Origin: Clostridia bacterium
GTDB taxonomy: Bacteria > Bacillota > Clostridia > JAAYHZ01
Length of the DNA: 64,000 bases
Direction of reading: 5' to 3'
Assembly (NCBI GenBank): GCA_050950825.1
Contig: JBMNIH010000002.1
Location: 160,001-224,000 of the forward strand
Shown here: positions 39,494-48,149 of the stretch, piece by piece
Numbering within the stretch: position 1 is the stretch's first letter
Layout: each line of letters opens with the position of its first letter
Position numbers and translations under genes: made by a program
The notes under the pieces: model-generated
Database searches by the model: none
What the model saw: only the letters and a program-made list of their open reading frames with translations
What the model was told of the DNA's origin: nothing

Positions 39494-41122
39494 ATGTTGC
39501 AGCTAAAGGAGATCATTGACGATAAATATCGAATATTGGATGTCCTCGGACAAGGCGGATCCGGAACGGTTTACTTGGCCGAAAACATTCGTATCGGCAA
39601 TCTTTGGGCCGTAAAAGAAATCCGGCATAAGGGAACCCTTATCAATCCCATGGACGAAGCGTATATCATGGGGAAGCTTTACCATCCGGCACTGCCTCGG
39701 GTCTTTGATATCTACCGAAACTCGGATTCCACTTTGATTGTGATGGAGTATTTCGAAGGCGAAACCTTAGAACAGATGATTCGTCAAGGGAACTTGCCCG
39801 ATGAAGACCTGCTTATGCAATGGGCCGTTGAATTGTGCAGCGTAATGATGTATCTTCACAACCGTAAAGACGGATGTATCATTTACCGTGACTTGAAGCC
39901 CGGCAACATCATGGTGCTGCCGGATAACAGCATACGGCTAATCGATATGGGAATCGCCCGCGAATACAAAGAAGATGCCGACACGGATACGATCTATATC
40001 GGGACAAGAGGATTTGCCGCTCCGGAGCAATTCGGAAACGGCCAATGCGACAAGCGGACCGATGTCTATGGATTCGGCGCCACCCTCTATTCCCTATCAT
40101 CCGGGCTGCTTCCCGACAATAAAGAATTTAATCCGAGCGGTACCGGTAAAGGATGGCAAGCATCTTCTTTTCTAAAAAAATTGGTTATAAAATGTACGGC
40201 ACAGGATCCGAACAACCGCTTTTCCTGTTTCGAAGAAATCCTGGAGGTTATTCAGGAGGAAACTAAAAAAGACCGAGGTTCGGTCCGAAGCAATTCTAAC
40301 GCCGTTAAGGAAAGAAAGCTGATTACCGTATGGGACAATGCGGAATTTTCCGCCGAAATGGCTTCGGTTATCGCCGAATGCATTGAAGGAAATGTTTTAT
40401 TAGCCGATTTCGATCTATTGGACCCTAAAATCGACATCTATTTGGGAACCAAGATGTACCCTGTAAAAAATCGATCGGGCATATCCCTTTCCGGAATCGA
40501 TCTCCTGATGGAATCGCTGTATAAAGGTCTTGTGAGCCGCGAATCCATTTTGGATGCCTGTATTCGAACCGGTGCCAAAAGCAATTTGTATTTCATATCC
40601 GGGAATTTCAACATGAACAATTACGAATACTTTTCCAACGAATGCCTAGGTAAATTCCTCGATAAATGCATGAAGTTTTTCGATGAAGTGATCATCAATG
40701 TAAACAAATTTATTTACGATTCTTACACGTTGCTGTGCCTTATGGCATCGGATATGAATATTTATGCAGGAAAGACCGATATCGCTTCTCTTCGATCCTT
40801 AAATGCACAAATTGCATTTTTAGATGAGAAGCAAAAAATAAACAGCGAGAAATACAAGGTGGTCTCATGGTGCGAGGCGAAAGAGAACATGCTGCCGGAG
40901 TCTTTGTTGAAAGAATTGTCCGAGTATCGATATATCGGGCATATTTCCGACAACAAAAGGAGGAATGCCTTAAGAAACGACCAAAAGCCCTTTGTAAAAA
41001 ACCTCGGTAAAAACGTAAAGAAAGAGTATATTCGTCTGTTAAAAAAGCTCGGTATTTTAAACCGAAGATTCGGAGTTTTGAATACCTATGCCGGAATCGG
41101 TGCAAAGGACGGTGTATCCTAA
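39494..41122 (+). CDS. Hanks-type Ser/Thr kinase fused to a degenerate CpaE/MinD-like domain
   Basis: GQGGSGTV, AVKE, YRDLKPGN, DMG, GTRGFAAPE, DVYGFG; C-terminal LITVW...VLLADFD...NLYFISG...FFDEVIINV. Confidence 0.85.
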   Translation: MLQLKEIIDDKYRILDVLGQGGSGTVYLAENIRIGNLWAVKEIRHKGTLINPMDEAYIMGKLYHPALPRVFDIYRNSDSTLIVMEYFEGETLEQMIRQGNLPDEDLLMQWAVELCSVMMYLHNRKDGCIIYRDLKPGNIMVLPDNSIRLIDMGIAREYKEDADTDTIYIGTRGFAAPEQFGNGQCDKRTDVYGFGATLYSLSSGLLPDNKEFNPSGTGKGWQASSFLKKLVIKCTAQDPNNRFSCFEEILEVIQEETKKDRGSVRSNSNAVKERKLITVWDNAEFSAEMASVIAECIEGNVLLADFDLLDPKIDIYLGTKMYPVKNRSGISLSGIDLLMESLYKGLVSRESILDACIRTGAKSNLYFISGNFNMNNYEYFSNECLGKFLDKCMKFFDEVIINVNKFIYDSYTLLCLMASDMNIYAGKTDIASLRSLNAQIAFLDEKQKINSEKYKVVSWCEAKENMLPESLLKELSEYRYIGHISDNKRRNALRNDQKPFVKNLGKNVKKEYIRLLKKLGILNRRFGVLNTYAGIGAKDGVS

Positions 41123-42354
41123 TGCCGGTTTTGCAAAGCCTTCATGTTCAAATAACGGAGAAAATAACATCGCCTGAGGATTACCGGAGCTTTGACGACT
41201 TGTTTTTAAACGTTACGGAAAAGATATTAACGGAAAAGCCGGGGCTGGTTTTGGAGGTTTCCGAAGGAAAGCGTGACAAGAGTGCATTGGAAAAAGAAAT
41301 TATTAAAATCATCGACAGCGATATGAAAAAACCGGTCTATATGCGAGAAGACATCATAAAAGGCGTATTTGATTTCATGTTCGGCTACGGACAGCTTCAA
41401 CCCTACATCGACGATGAAGATATATCGGATATTGACGGTACGGCATACAATTGCTTTGCCATAAAAAGAAACGGAGTACGTGAAAAGGTTAATGTAGACT
41501 TCGGAAGCGAGCGAATTTTCGATACCTATTGTAAATTAATCGCTATAAGGAATAACGGTATTCTGAACGAAAACGACAACCACTGCCGCGTAACCGACGA
41601 AAAGCACAAGCTGAGAATCAATTTGTCGGTTCGCCCTCGAAGCTCAACGGGACCTTCCATCAGTATACGCAAGCATCGCCAAGTCCCCTACGACATGAAC
41701 GACTTGGTGAACTTAGGAATGATGAATGAGGAAATAAAGGAGCTTTTGGAGTTCATGGCAAAAGGTTCGGCAAGCGTGTTGTTTTGCGGGAAAGGTGCGG
41801 CGGGAAAAACCACGCTGTTAAGAGCATTTATCGATTCCATGCCGGAAATGGAACGTGTTTTGATTATGGAGTCGGATACCGAAATTTATCCCTCCAAACC
41901 GTACTGTATTCAACATAAAATCAAGAAAAAAAATGAAGGCGGAATTACGGTAACGTTAGCGGACCTGGTCCGAGACGGGCTCACCATGTCGCTGGACACC
42001 TATGTCATCGGGGAGATCGTCGGAAACGAGGCTTGGGAATTTATCAAAGCGTCTTTCTCCGGTCATCGATGCGCAGGAACCATTCACGCCGAAAACGGAA
42101 ATGCCGTATTTCCGAGACTTATGGCTTTAGCCCGAGGAGACAGCAACGCCTACAGTGAAAAAACCATCATGCAAATGGCGGCAGAAGGAATCGATGCCGT
42201 CGTATATCTTCGAAATTTTAAAGTGGATGAAGTACTTGAGGTTGCAGGATACGACGAAGAGAAAGGATCGGTGGCTACTCGCTATTTATACAAAAGACAA
42301 AGCGGCGAAACGGTACAGAAGCCGTCCGAACGATTGCGATTAAAAGGAGGATGA
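41122..42354 (+). CDS. Tad/Flp pilus assembly ATPase (CpaF/TadA family)
   Basis: GYGQLQPYIDDEDISDI, ISIRKH, Walker A GKGAAGKT, VIGE, His box GH..AGTIH; overlaps the kinase stop codon (TAATG). Confidence 0.88.
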   Translation: MPVLQSLHVQITEKITSPEDYRSFDDLFLNVTEKILTEKPGLVLEVSEGKRDKSALEKEIIKIIDSDMKKPVYMREDIIKGVFDFMFGYGQLQPYIDDEDISDIDGTAYNCFAIKRNGVREKVNVDFGSERIFDTYCKLIAIRNNGILNENDNHCRVTDEKHKLRINLSVRPRSSTGPSISIRKHRQVPYDMNDLVNLGMMNEEIKELLEFMAKGSASVLFCGKGAAGKTTLLRAFIDSMPEMERVLIMESDTEIYPSKPYCIQHKIKKKNEGGITVTLADLVRDGLTMSLDTYVIGEIVGNEAWEFIKASFSGHRCAGTIHAENGNAVFPRLMALARGDSNAYSEKTIMQMAAEGIDAVVYLRNFKVDEVLEVAGYDEEKGSVATRYLYKRQSGETVQKPSERLRLKGG

Positions 42355-42358
42355 GTCT

Positions 42359-43291
42359 TTGCCGTTGAAGGAAATTTTGCTGAAAATTTTAACGATAGGT
42401 ACCGTCTTTTGTTTCTCCTATCTTGCAGCCTCGGTATTCATTAAAGACGCCTTTTTTCGTAAAGTGAAAGCCGCCGTAAACAAGCGCCGGCAAGAAATTA
42501 TGCGACCGGTATCCTATCCGTACCGATGGATGAATCGCTTGAACGATCGATACATTGAAAAGAGTAACATTAAAAGGTATTTGCCTTTTATGGGGCTATT
42601 TCCACTCCTGTTTTTGGAATTCGGCATCGCCGTGACCGTTTTTATCGTGACTCTTTCGAAGGAAGGTTCGTTGGCGGCGGCATCGGCCTTATCCGTGTTT
42701 GCCGCCATACTCCCCCTCCTGTTATTGGATTTTTTATCAAGCTACTTCGCGGAGAAAACCCAAAACGATTTGGCTTCTTTTATCTCCGTACTGGCACGAT
42801 GGTCATCGGTTAAAAACGATGTGTTTTTCGCCTTTGAAAAAGCATTGGAATCCGGTCTGAATGAACCCTTGCATACCTATGTACGGGATTTGACGGTACA
42901 AATCCGATGCGGTATGAATGCCGAAGACGCGTTGGACCGGTTTTCGAACCGATTGGGAGACGCGGAATTCAAAGACGCCATTTTGAATATAAAGCAAAAC
43001 GTTCGTTTCCGCGGTGATTTCAATGCCCTTTTGACCAATATGGAGGGACGCTTTTACCGCATGCAGGAAGAACGCAACAGAAGAAAAATATCTACGTTAG
43101 GAGATCGAACCTTGATAGTAGCAACGATTTTTGCCGTAATCGGCTTGGCCGTTTATTTTCTGAAAAGCAATGAAAAAATATCCGCTTTCTACTTGCACGA
43201 CCCGTCGGGAAAACTGCTTTTATCCGTCTTATGCCTTTTATTCCTATCGGGAATGATCTTGTTTATGAACATTACGAAGGTGAAGGAGTAA
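42359..43291 (+). CDS. TadB-like membrane platform protein
   Basis: Position after the ATPase; TM pattern; ...IRCGMNAEDALDRF T2SSF-like segment. Confidence 0.7.
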   Translation: MPLKEILLKILTIGTVFCFSYLAASVFIKDAFFRKVKAAVNKRRQEIMRPVSYPYRWMNRLNDRYIEKSNIKRYLPFMGLFPLLFLEFGIAVTVFIVTLSKEGSLAAASALSVFAAILPLLLLDFLSSYFAEKTQNDLASFISVLARWSSVKNDVFFAFEKALESGLNEPLHTYVRDLTVQIRCGMNAEDALDRFSNRLGDAEFKDAILNIKQNVRFRGDFNALLTNMEGRFYRMQEERNRRKISTLGDRTLIVATIFAVIGLAVYFLKSNEKISAFYLHDPSGKLLLSVLCLLFLSGMILFMNITKVKE

Positions 43292-43297
43292 AATCCA

Positions 43298-44167
43298 ATG
43301 ATTCCGATGACGGTTTTTCTACTGATATCTTTCGCATTAAACACGATACCGGCTAAAATTTTGGTTCATAAATTTCTGACCGGTAAAAACGCATTCTTTA
43401 CGAAGGCGGTATACTACCGTCAGGTACATAATAGACCGAGGGACCAAAAGAAAATACTTGATTTTTTATCAAGCAAATTGTCTCAAACAATGCTTTATCA
43501 AAAAGCCGAAAAAGAAATCAAAAAAGCCGGATACGGCGGAAAATATCATCCCATACAATACATGGGGATATTGTACGGACTTCCCGTCATGATCTTCCTC
43601 ATCGGTATGATAAACGATCCTGCAAGATGGATTCAAACCGTTATAGGTTGTTCCGCCCTGTTTACCGGGACTAAAATTTACGTCAAAGGGAAAACCAAAA
43701 AGATTACCGATCAGTTCGAAAAGCATGCTTGGCGTATTTATCGCTATCTTCACAACCAGATTGCATCCGGCATCAAAATTACCGATGCCATCACGACGGT
43801 TTACGAAACGGTAAACGAAAAGGATATACGGGAAATATTGATTAAGTTTGCCGCAACCTTTCAGTTGACCATGAAGATCGAAGAAGCTTTGGAGGAGATA
43901 AACGGACGGTTCGGAGGAAACGAAGCCGCAACTCTTTGTATGGCATTAAGAGAAGGCGTAAAGACGGGAGACAGCGAATTGATGCTCAAACGCCAAGAGG
44001 ATATCATGTTCAATAAATATTTCAACCGCTTGGAAGCGGAAACGGAAAAACGGCGCACCTTCTGCATTTTATCCGCCGCGATGTTTTGCGCCATATTGGT
44101 CATATTGGCGTCGGTGCCTATCGTTATGGACTTAACGGATGCCTTAGGAGGTATCTTTACAAGTTAA
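43298..44167 (+). CDS. TadC-like membrane platform protein
   Basis: Position; TM pattern; IASGIKITDAI...IEEALEEI T2SSF-like segment. Confidence 0.7.
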   Translation: MIPMTVFLLISFALNTIPAKILVHKFLTGKNAFFTKAVYYRQVHNRPRDQKKILDFLSSKLSQTMLYQKAEKEIKKAGYGGKYHPIQYMGILYGLPVMIFLIGMINDPARWIQTVIGCSALFTGTKIYVKGKTKKITDQFEKHAWRIYRYLHNQIASGIKITDAITTVYETVNEKDIREILIKFAATFQLTMKIEEALEEINGRFGGNEAATLCMALREGVKTGDSELMLKRQEDIMFNKYFNRLEAETEKRRTFCILSAAMFCAILVILASVPIVMDLTDALGGIFTS

Positions 44168-44191
44168 AACAAAGGAAAAGAGGGATAAAAA

Positions 44192-44404
44192 ATGCGAAAA
44201 GAACCATTAATCCACAAAGTAAAATCCAATTTATGCAACAACAAGGGCTTCGGTGTTCAGGAAATACTGGGTATTGCGGCCATGTTCATTATTGCAGGCT
44301 TTGTCCTGATACCCGGACTCAAATCCTTCGCTCAAGAAGTGATTCAAGAATTGAACTCTTGGTTTGAAAAAACCATTATATCCAACATCTTTCCCACTTC
44401 ATAA
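44192..44404 (+). CDS. Flp-type major pilin
   Basis: 70 aa with class III signal NKG|FGVQE (G at -1, E at +5) and a hydrophobic helix; own RBS. Confidence 0.75.
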   Translation: MRKEPLIHKVKSNLCNNKGFGVQEILGIAAMFIIAGFVLIPGLKSFAQEVIQELNSWFEKTIISNIFPTS

Positions 44405-44412
44405 ATTTCGGT

Positions 44413-44790
44413 ATGTCTGCAAAGATTACGGTTACCGCGGTTTTGTTGGTATTTCTATTGCTTTTGACCGTTTTTATGGTGGAATTGACGGTTCCTTTAT
44501 CGGTATACTCGGACTTTAACGAGCTGTGCCGAATCGCTTTGATCCGCATGGAGGTCAACGGCGGCATGACGGCGGATATTGAGAACGACCTTTTCGAACG
44601 TCTACGGGAATTGAATTTGACCGATATCAGGATTGAAGGGACGGAGCATGCCAAATACGGCGATTATATCCGCCTTCAAGTATCCGCCGCCACAAGGAAC
44701 CGCATCATGACATCCCTGTTTCGTCGGGAAATCCGATACCGGTATTTCTCGTACGACAAAACATCCGTATCCAGGAGGATCGTAAAATAA
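44413..44790 (+). CDS. TadE-like minor pilin
   Basis: N-terminal hydrophobic helix, MEVNGGMT segment, operon position. Confidence 0.55.
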   Translation: MSAKITVTAVLLVFLLLLTVFMVELTVPLSVYSDFNELCRIALIRMEVNGGMTADIENDLFERLRELNLTDIRIEGTEHAKYGDYIRLQVSAATRNRIMTSLFRREIRYRYFSYDKTSVSRRIVK

Positions 44791-45297
44791 ATGCGGAATA
44801 AAAAAAACCAAGGCTCGGTAGAGTTTGCCGTCATATTCTGTGCGTTGACGGTATTCATATTCCTTCCTTTGTTCGGTACATTGGCGCAAAAAGCTCTATT
44901 GTACTATAAAAAGGAAGCGATACGCCAAAGCGTAGACCTTGCCGTCATGGCGGCGTACACCGCTTTAGACGCATCGGAGGCGGGAACGGGAGAACAGATC
45001 TTATCCGAGGATAAGTTTCGCCGCATCTTTGTTTCCGTTCTGTCGAGAAACTTAAAATTGGACCATGATTTGACGGGATATCCTCATTCCATGGTAGCAG
45101 GGAAAATCGAAATCCATGACTTAGCCTTTGTGAATTCCGGTTTACCTTACTCGGAGGGCGGCAGGACTTTTACATACCCTTTTATTCGATGCGAACTCAG
45201 CGTTCCGGTAGAACCCGATTTATTCACATTTTTATGGGATCAAAAAACCTACATCCTCCGAGAAACCGTTTATACCGAGCTTCCTTTTGATCGGTAA
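44791..45297 (+). CDS. TadE/TadG-like minor pilin
   Basis: KKNQG|SVEF prepilin-like start, hydrophobic helix, SVDLAVMAA. Confidence 0.6.
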   Translation: MRNKKNQGSVEFAVIFCALTVFIFLPLFGTLAQKALLYYKKEAIRQSVDLAVMAAYTALDASEAGTGEQILSEDKFRRIFVSVLSRNLKLDHDLTGYPHSMVAGKIEIHDLAFVNSGLPYSEGGRTFTYPFIRCELSVPVEPDLFTFLWDQKTYILRETVYTELPFDR

Positions 45298-45335
45298 AGC
45301 TCAATTTATAGAAACGACTGTTAGGAATAAAGGAC

Positions 45336-45974
45336 ATGAAAAAAATATCGATACTCATATTAACGGGAATAATCGCTATCGCGCTTACGGCCGTTCAAAT
45401 CCGAATCGTAAAAAACGCAGCGGAGGAAGAAGAAAAGGTTGAAGCCTTCGTGTATACCCGCTCCTTTCAAAAAGGAGATGAAGCATTGCCGAGTATGCTA
45501 AAAAGCGTTTCGGTACCCGTCAGCCTGGTGCCTTCCGGGTATTGCACTCACAAGGAAGAATTGACGGACCGATATTTCACCCGAGATGTATATGCGGGAG
45601 AGATTGCTTTAGCCCATGACATATCTTCGGTCAATCCGAAAGATACCGAACTGCTGCAAAAAACGAAAGAGGAAAATGTTTTCATCTCCATCAAGCCGGA
45701 TCCCGAAAGAACGGTGGCTTGGCAAGTGGAAAAAGACCATAAGGTGGACATCTTCTTTGTTCCTTATCGGAACGAGGAAATCGCCTCCTTTCGATTGGAG
45801 AGTATACGAATTGCGGGGATTGTCGACGACGGCTTCTCCATTCCGGATTCCGGCAGCCGGAATCAACAAGGCAAAAAACCCGTTTATTTGATACTGGAAG
45901 TCACTGTTGAAGAAGCGGAGAAAATTGCATCGTCAAGGCCTTTCGGGTATTTTGATGTCATATTAAGGGATTGA
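45336..45974 (+). CDS. CpaB/RcpC-like Flp pilus assembly protein (SAF domain)
   Basis: N-terminal TM, SAF-like RDVYAGEI, KVDIFF, LILEVTVEEAEKI. Confidence 0.7.
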   Translation: MKKISILILTGIIAIALTAVQIRIVKNAAEEEEKVEAFVYTRSFQKGDEALPSMLKSVSVPVSLVPSGYCTHKEELTDRYFTRDVYAGEIALAHDISSVNPKDTELLQKTKEENVFISIKPDPERTVAWQVEKDHKVDIFFVPYRNEEIASFRLESIRIAGIVDDGFSIPDSGSRNQQGKKPVYLILEVTVEEAEKIASSRPFGYFDVILRD

Positions 45975-45987
45975 ACGGTATATCGAG

Positions 45988-46722
45988 CTAGGTCCTAAGA
46001 TAAATCTTTCTCACTTCTTCGGTATATTGATTGTTTTCATCGTATACAAACAAAGGTTTTTCCACGCGAAGCTCTTGCTTCCCGTATTTGACGCCGCATA
46101 AAAGAACCAAATTCGGTTCTTTTTGCATTTGCGGATATACGAAACGCATCCTTTTCGGTTCGATTTTGTACTTTCTCATGGCCTCGAAAATATCCGGCAA
46201 ACGATGAGGGCGGTGTACCATGAACAGCTTCCCCTTTTCTTTTAATAAATAATGGGAGGCTTTAAGAATATCGTCAATGGTACAAGCAACTTCGTGACGA
46301 GATACGGCTTTAGCCGGATTCGGATTCAACAAACCGTCACCCGCTTTCATGTAAGGAGGATTGGTGACAACCGCATCAAACGATCCGCCTTCAAATCGTG
46401 AATTTGTATCCTTTACATCGCACAAAACAAAACGGACATAATCTTCGATACCGTTGAGCACGGCGCTTCTTTGCGCCATCTCGATCATGTCTTCTTGAAT
46501 ATCGATTCCGAAAAAGGTATCGCCCTTGTCTTTACCGTAGAGCAAAACCGGAAGGATGCCCGTTCCGGTTCCGATATCAAAAACTTTTGCATTTTTATCG
46601 ATTTGAACAAAATCCGATAACAAAACGGCGTCGATACCGAACTTGAATCCGTTTTTCTTTTGAATCAGCTTCAAACCTTTTAATTGTAAATCGTCGATAA
46701 TTTCATTATCCAATATTTTCAT
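45988..46722 (-). CDS. tRNA1(Val) (adenine37-N6)-methyltransferase family protein
   Basis: FKFGIDAVLL, DIGTGTG, NPPY, SRHE and MVHRP motifs. Confidence 0.88.
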   Translation of the reverse strand: MKILDNEIIDDLQLKGLKLIQKKNGFKFGIDAVLLSDFVQIDKNAKVFDIGTGTGILPVLLYGKDKGDTFFGIDIQEDMIEMAQRSAVLNGIEDYVRFVLCDVKDTNSRFEGGSFDAVVTNPPYMKAGDGLLNPNPAKAVSRHEVACTIDDILKASHYLLKEKGKLFMVHRPHRLPDIFEAMRKYKIEPKRMRFVYPQMQKEPNLVLLCGVKYGKQELRVEKPLFVYDENNQYTEEVRKIYLRT

Positions 46723-46728
46723 AAGCCG

Positions 46729-47409
46729 TTACATATTCAACATTCGGAGTATTTCCTCTTCATCGGCTTGCTCTCGTCTTCCGGGGCAGTTTTTCCTGCT
46801 ACAGATTCTGCAGTTGCAATAGCCTTCTTCATTCTCAAATAAAATACCGGAAACCGATTTCAAAGGATACATAAGCATGGTCTTGTCCAACCGTACACCC
46901 GTCTTTTCATATACGGATCCCAGAAGCTCGAAAAGCGGCTGTTGTTCGGTAATGGGCCATAAAGGTATGGAGCCCGGGTTTACCGACGATAGCTTCAAAT
47001 TGCCGTTTTTTTCAGCTATGGTTGCATGCAGAAGCTCCATTATAGGAGCAATGGCCCCCTGGCGAATATCGTCATAGCAATATTCCAACAGCAAATCGTC
47101 GCAATTTCTTCCCCAGCTGTCCAATTCCGGACCGCAGCTTGCAACATAAGGATATACGGTTTTTAAGCCCTTTAAACGATCCGCTATAAATTTACCCGTA
47201 AATCGTACCCCGTCAATGACAATATAGTCGGAACCGATTTCATCGATATTCGACTTTTTGTAGCAGACGACAGGCTCCGCCAGCATGGATACTTCTTCAC
47301 ATGCCGAAGCAAGGGCGGGATACAAAGAATCCTCTTCGTCAATACCGTATTTTTGTGCAATTTTCTTCGGATCGGGATAATATTTCGTTTTTAATACTAT
47401 TAAGTCCAT
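46729..47409 (-). CDS. Stand-alone B12-dependent methionine synthase activation-domain-like protein
   Basis: YVASCG, NPGS..WPITEQ..LF, GVRL...LMYPLKSVSGI, C-terminal CRICSRKNCPGR. Confidence 0.7.
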   Translation of the reverse strand: MDLIVLKTKYYPDPKKIAQKYGIDEEDSLYPALASACEEVSMLAEPVVCYKKSNIDEIGSDYIVIDGVRFTGKFIADRLKGLKTVYPYVASCGPELDSWGRNCDDLLLEYCYDDIRQGAIAPIMELLHATIAEKNGNLKLSSVNPGSIPLWPITEQQPLFELLGSVYEKTGVRLDKTMLMYPLKSVSGILFENEEGYCNCRICSRKNCPGRREQADEEEILRMLNM

Positions 47410-47474
47410 GAGATTTATAACCTCGAGATGATTTTTGTAAAGCAGCTTAATTATATGGCAGTTGCAAAAGGCTG

Positions 47475-48149
47475 TCAAGGAACATCGGAGGTGGCCGCCG
47501 CAATACCGATCACCTTTTTGGCACCCGCTTTTTTCAACTCCTTGGCAAGCTCGTTGAGGGTGCTTCCGGTGGTAACCACATCGTCGGCAATGATGACGAT
47601 TCTTCCCTTTACTTTGGCAGGATCAACTACGTAAAAGCAGTCCTTGATGTTTTCAATGCGCCGGCGGCTTCCTAAGGTGCTTTGTGCCTTCGTTTCCCGT
47701 ATGCGAATGACGGTGTTTTTTAAGAATTCCGTGCCTAACTCCTTTGCCATTTGCTTTGCCAAAATGGAGCTTTGGTTGTATCGTCTTTCCCTTTTTCTTT
47801 TCTTGCCTAAAGGTACATCCGTGATAACGGCTTGCTTGTATTCCGGGATGTTTCGCTTAACGTATTCCGCCATTAAGGAACCGAAGCCTTTCCCCTTGTC
47901 CGGTCGATTATTGAATTTTAACGCTACGATCGCCCGGCTCACCGGTTCTTCGTATAGAAACAGGCCGTGGCATTCGTCCACATAATGAAGATTGATTTTT
48001 CGTTCGACGATTCTATTGTAATGGATCTTCTGCGTTCTGCAATCATCGCACAAAATGCCCGTATAATCCGTATCATAAAGCTCGTCGCAAAGCAAACATC
48101 TTTTTGGATATATAAAATCCAACAACAATTCGATTCCCTTTTTTATCAT
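47475..48149 (-). CDS. comF: ComF-family protein (zinc ribbon plus PRTase)
   Basis: CLLC...CDDC, RRYNQS and ADDVVTTGSTL motifs. Confidence 0.85.
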   Translation of the reverse strand: MIKKGIELLLDFIYPKRCLLCDELYDTDYTGILCDDCRTQKIHYNRIVERKINLHYVDECHGLFLYEEPVSRAIVALKFNNRPDKGKGFGSLMAEYVKRNIPEYKQAVITDVPLGKKRKRERRYNQSSILAKQMAKELGTEFLKNTVIRIRETKAQSTLGSRRRIENIKDCFYVVDPAKVKGRIVIIADDVVTTGSTLNELAKELKKAGAKKVIGIAAATSDVP

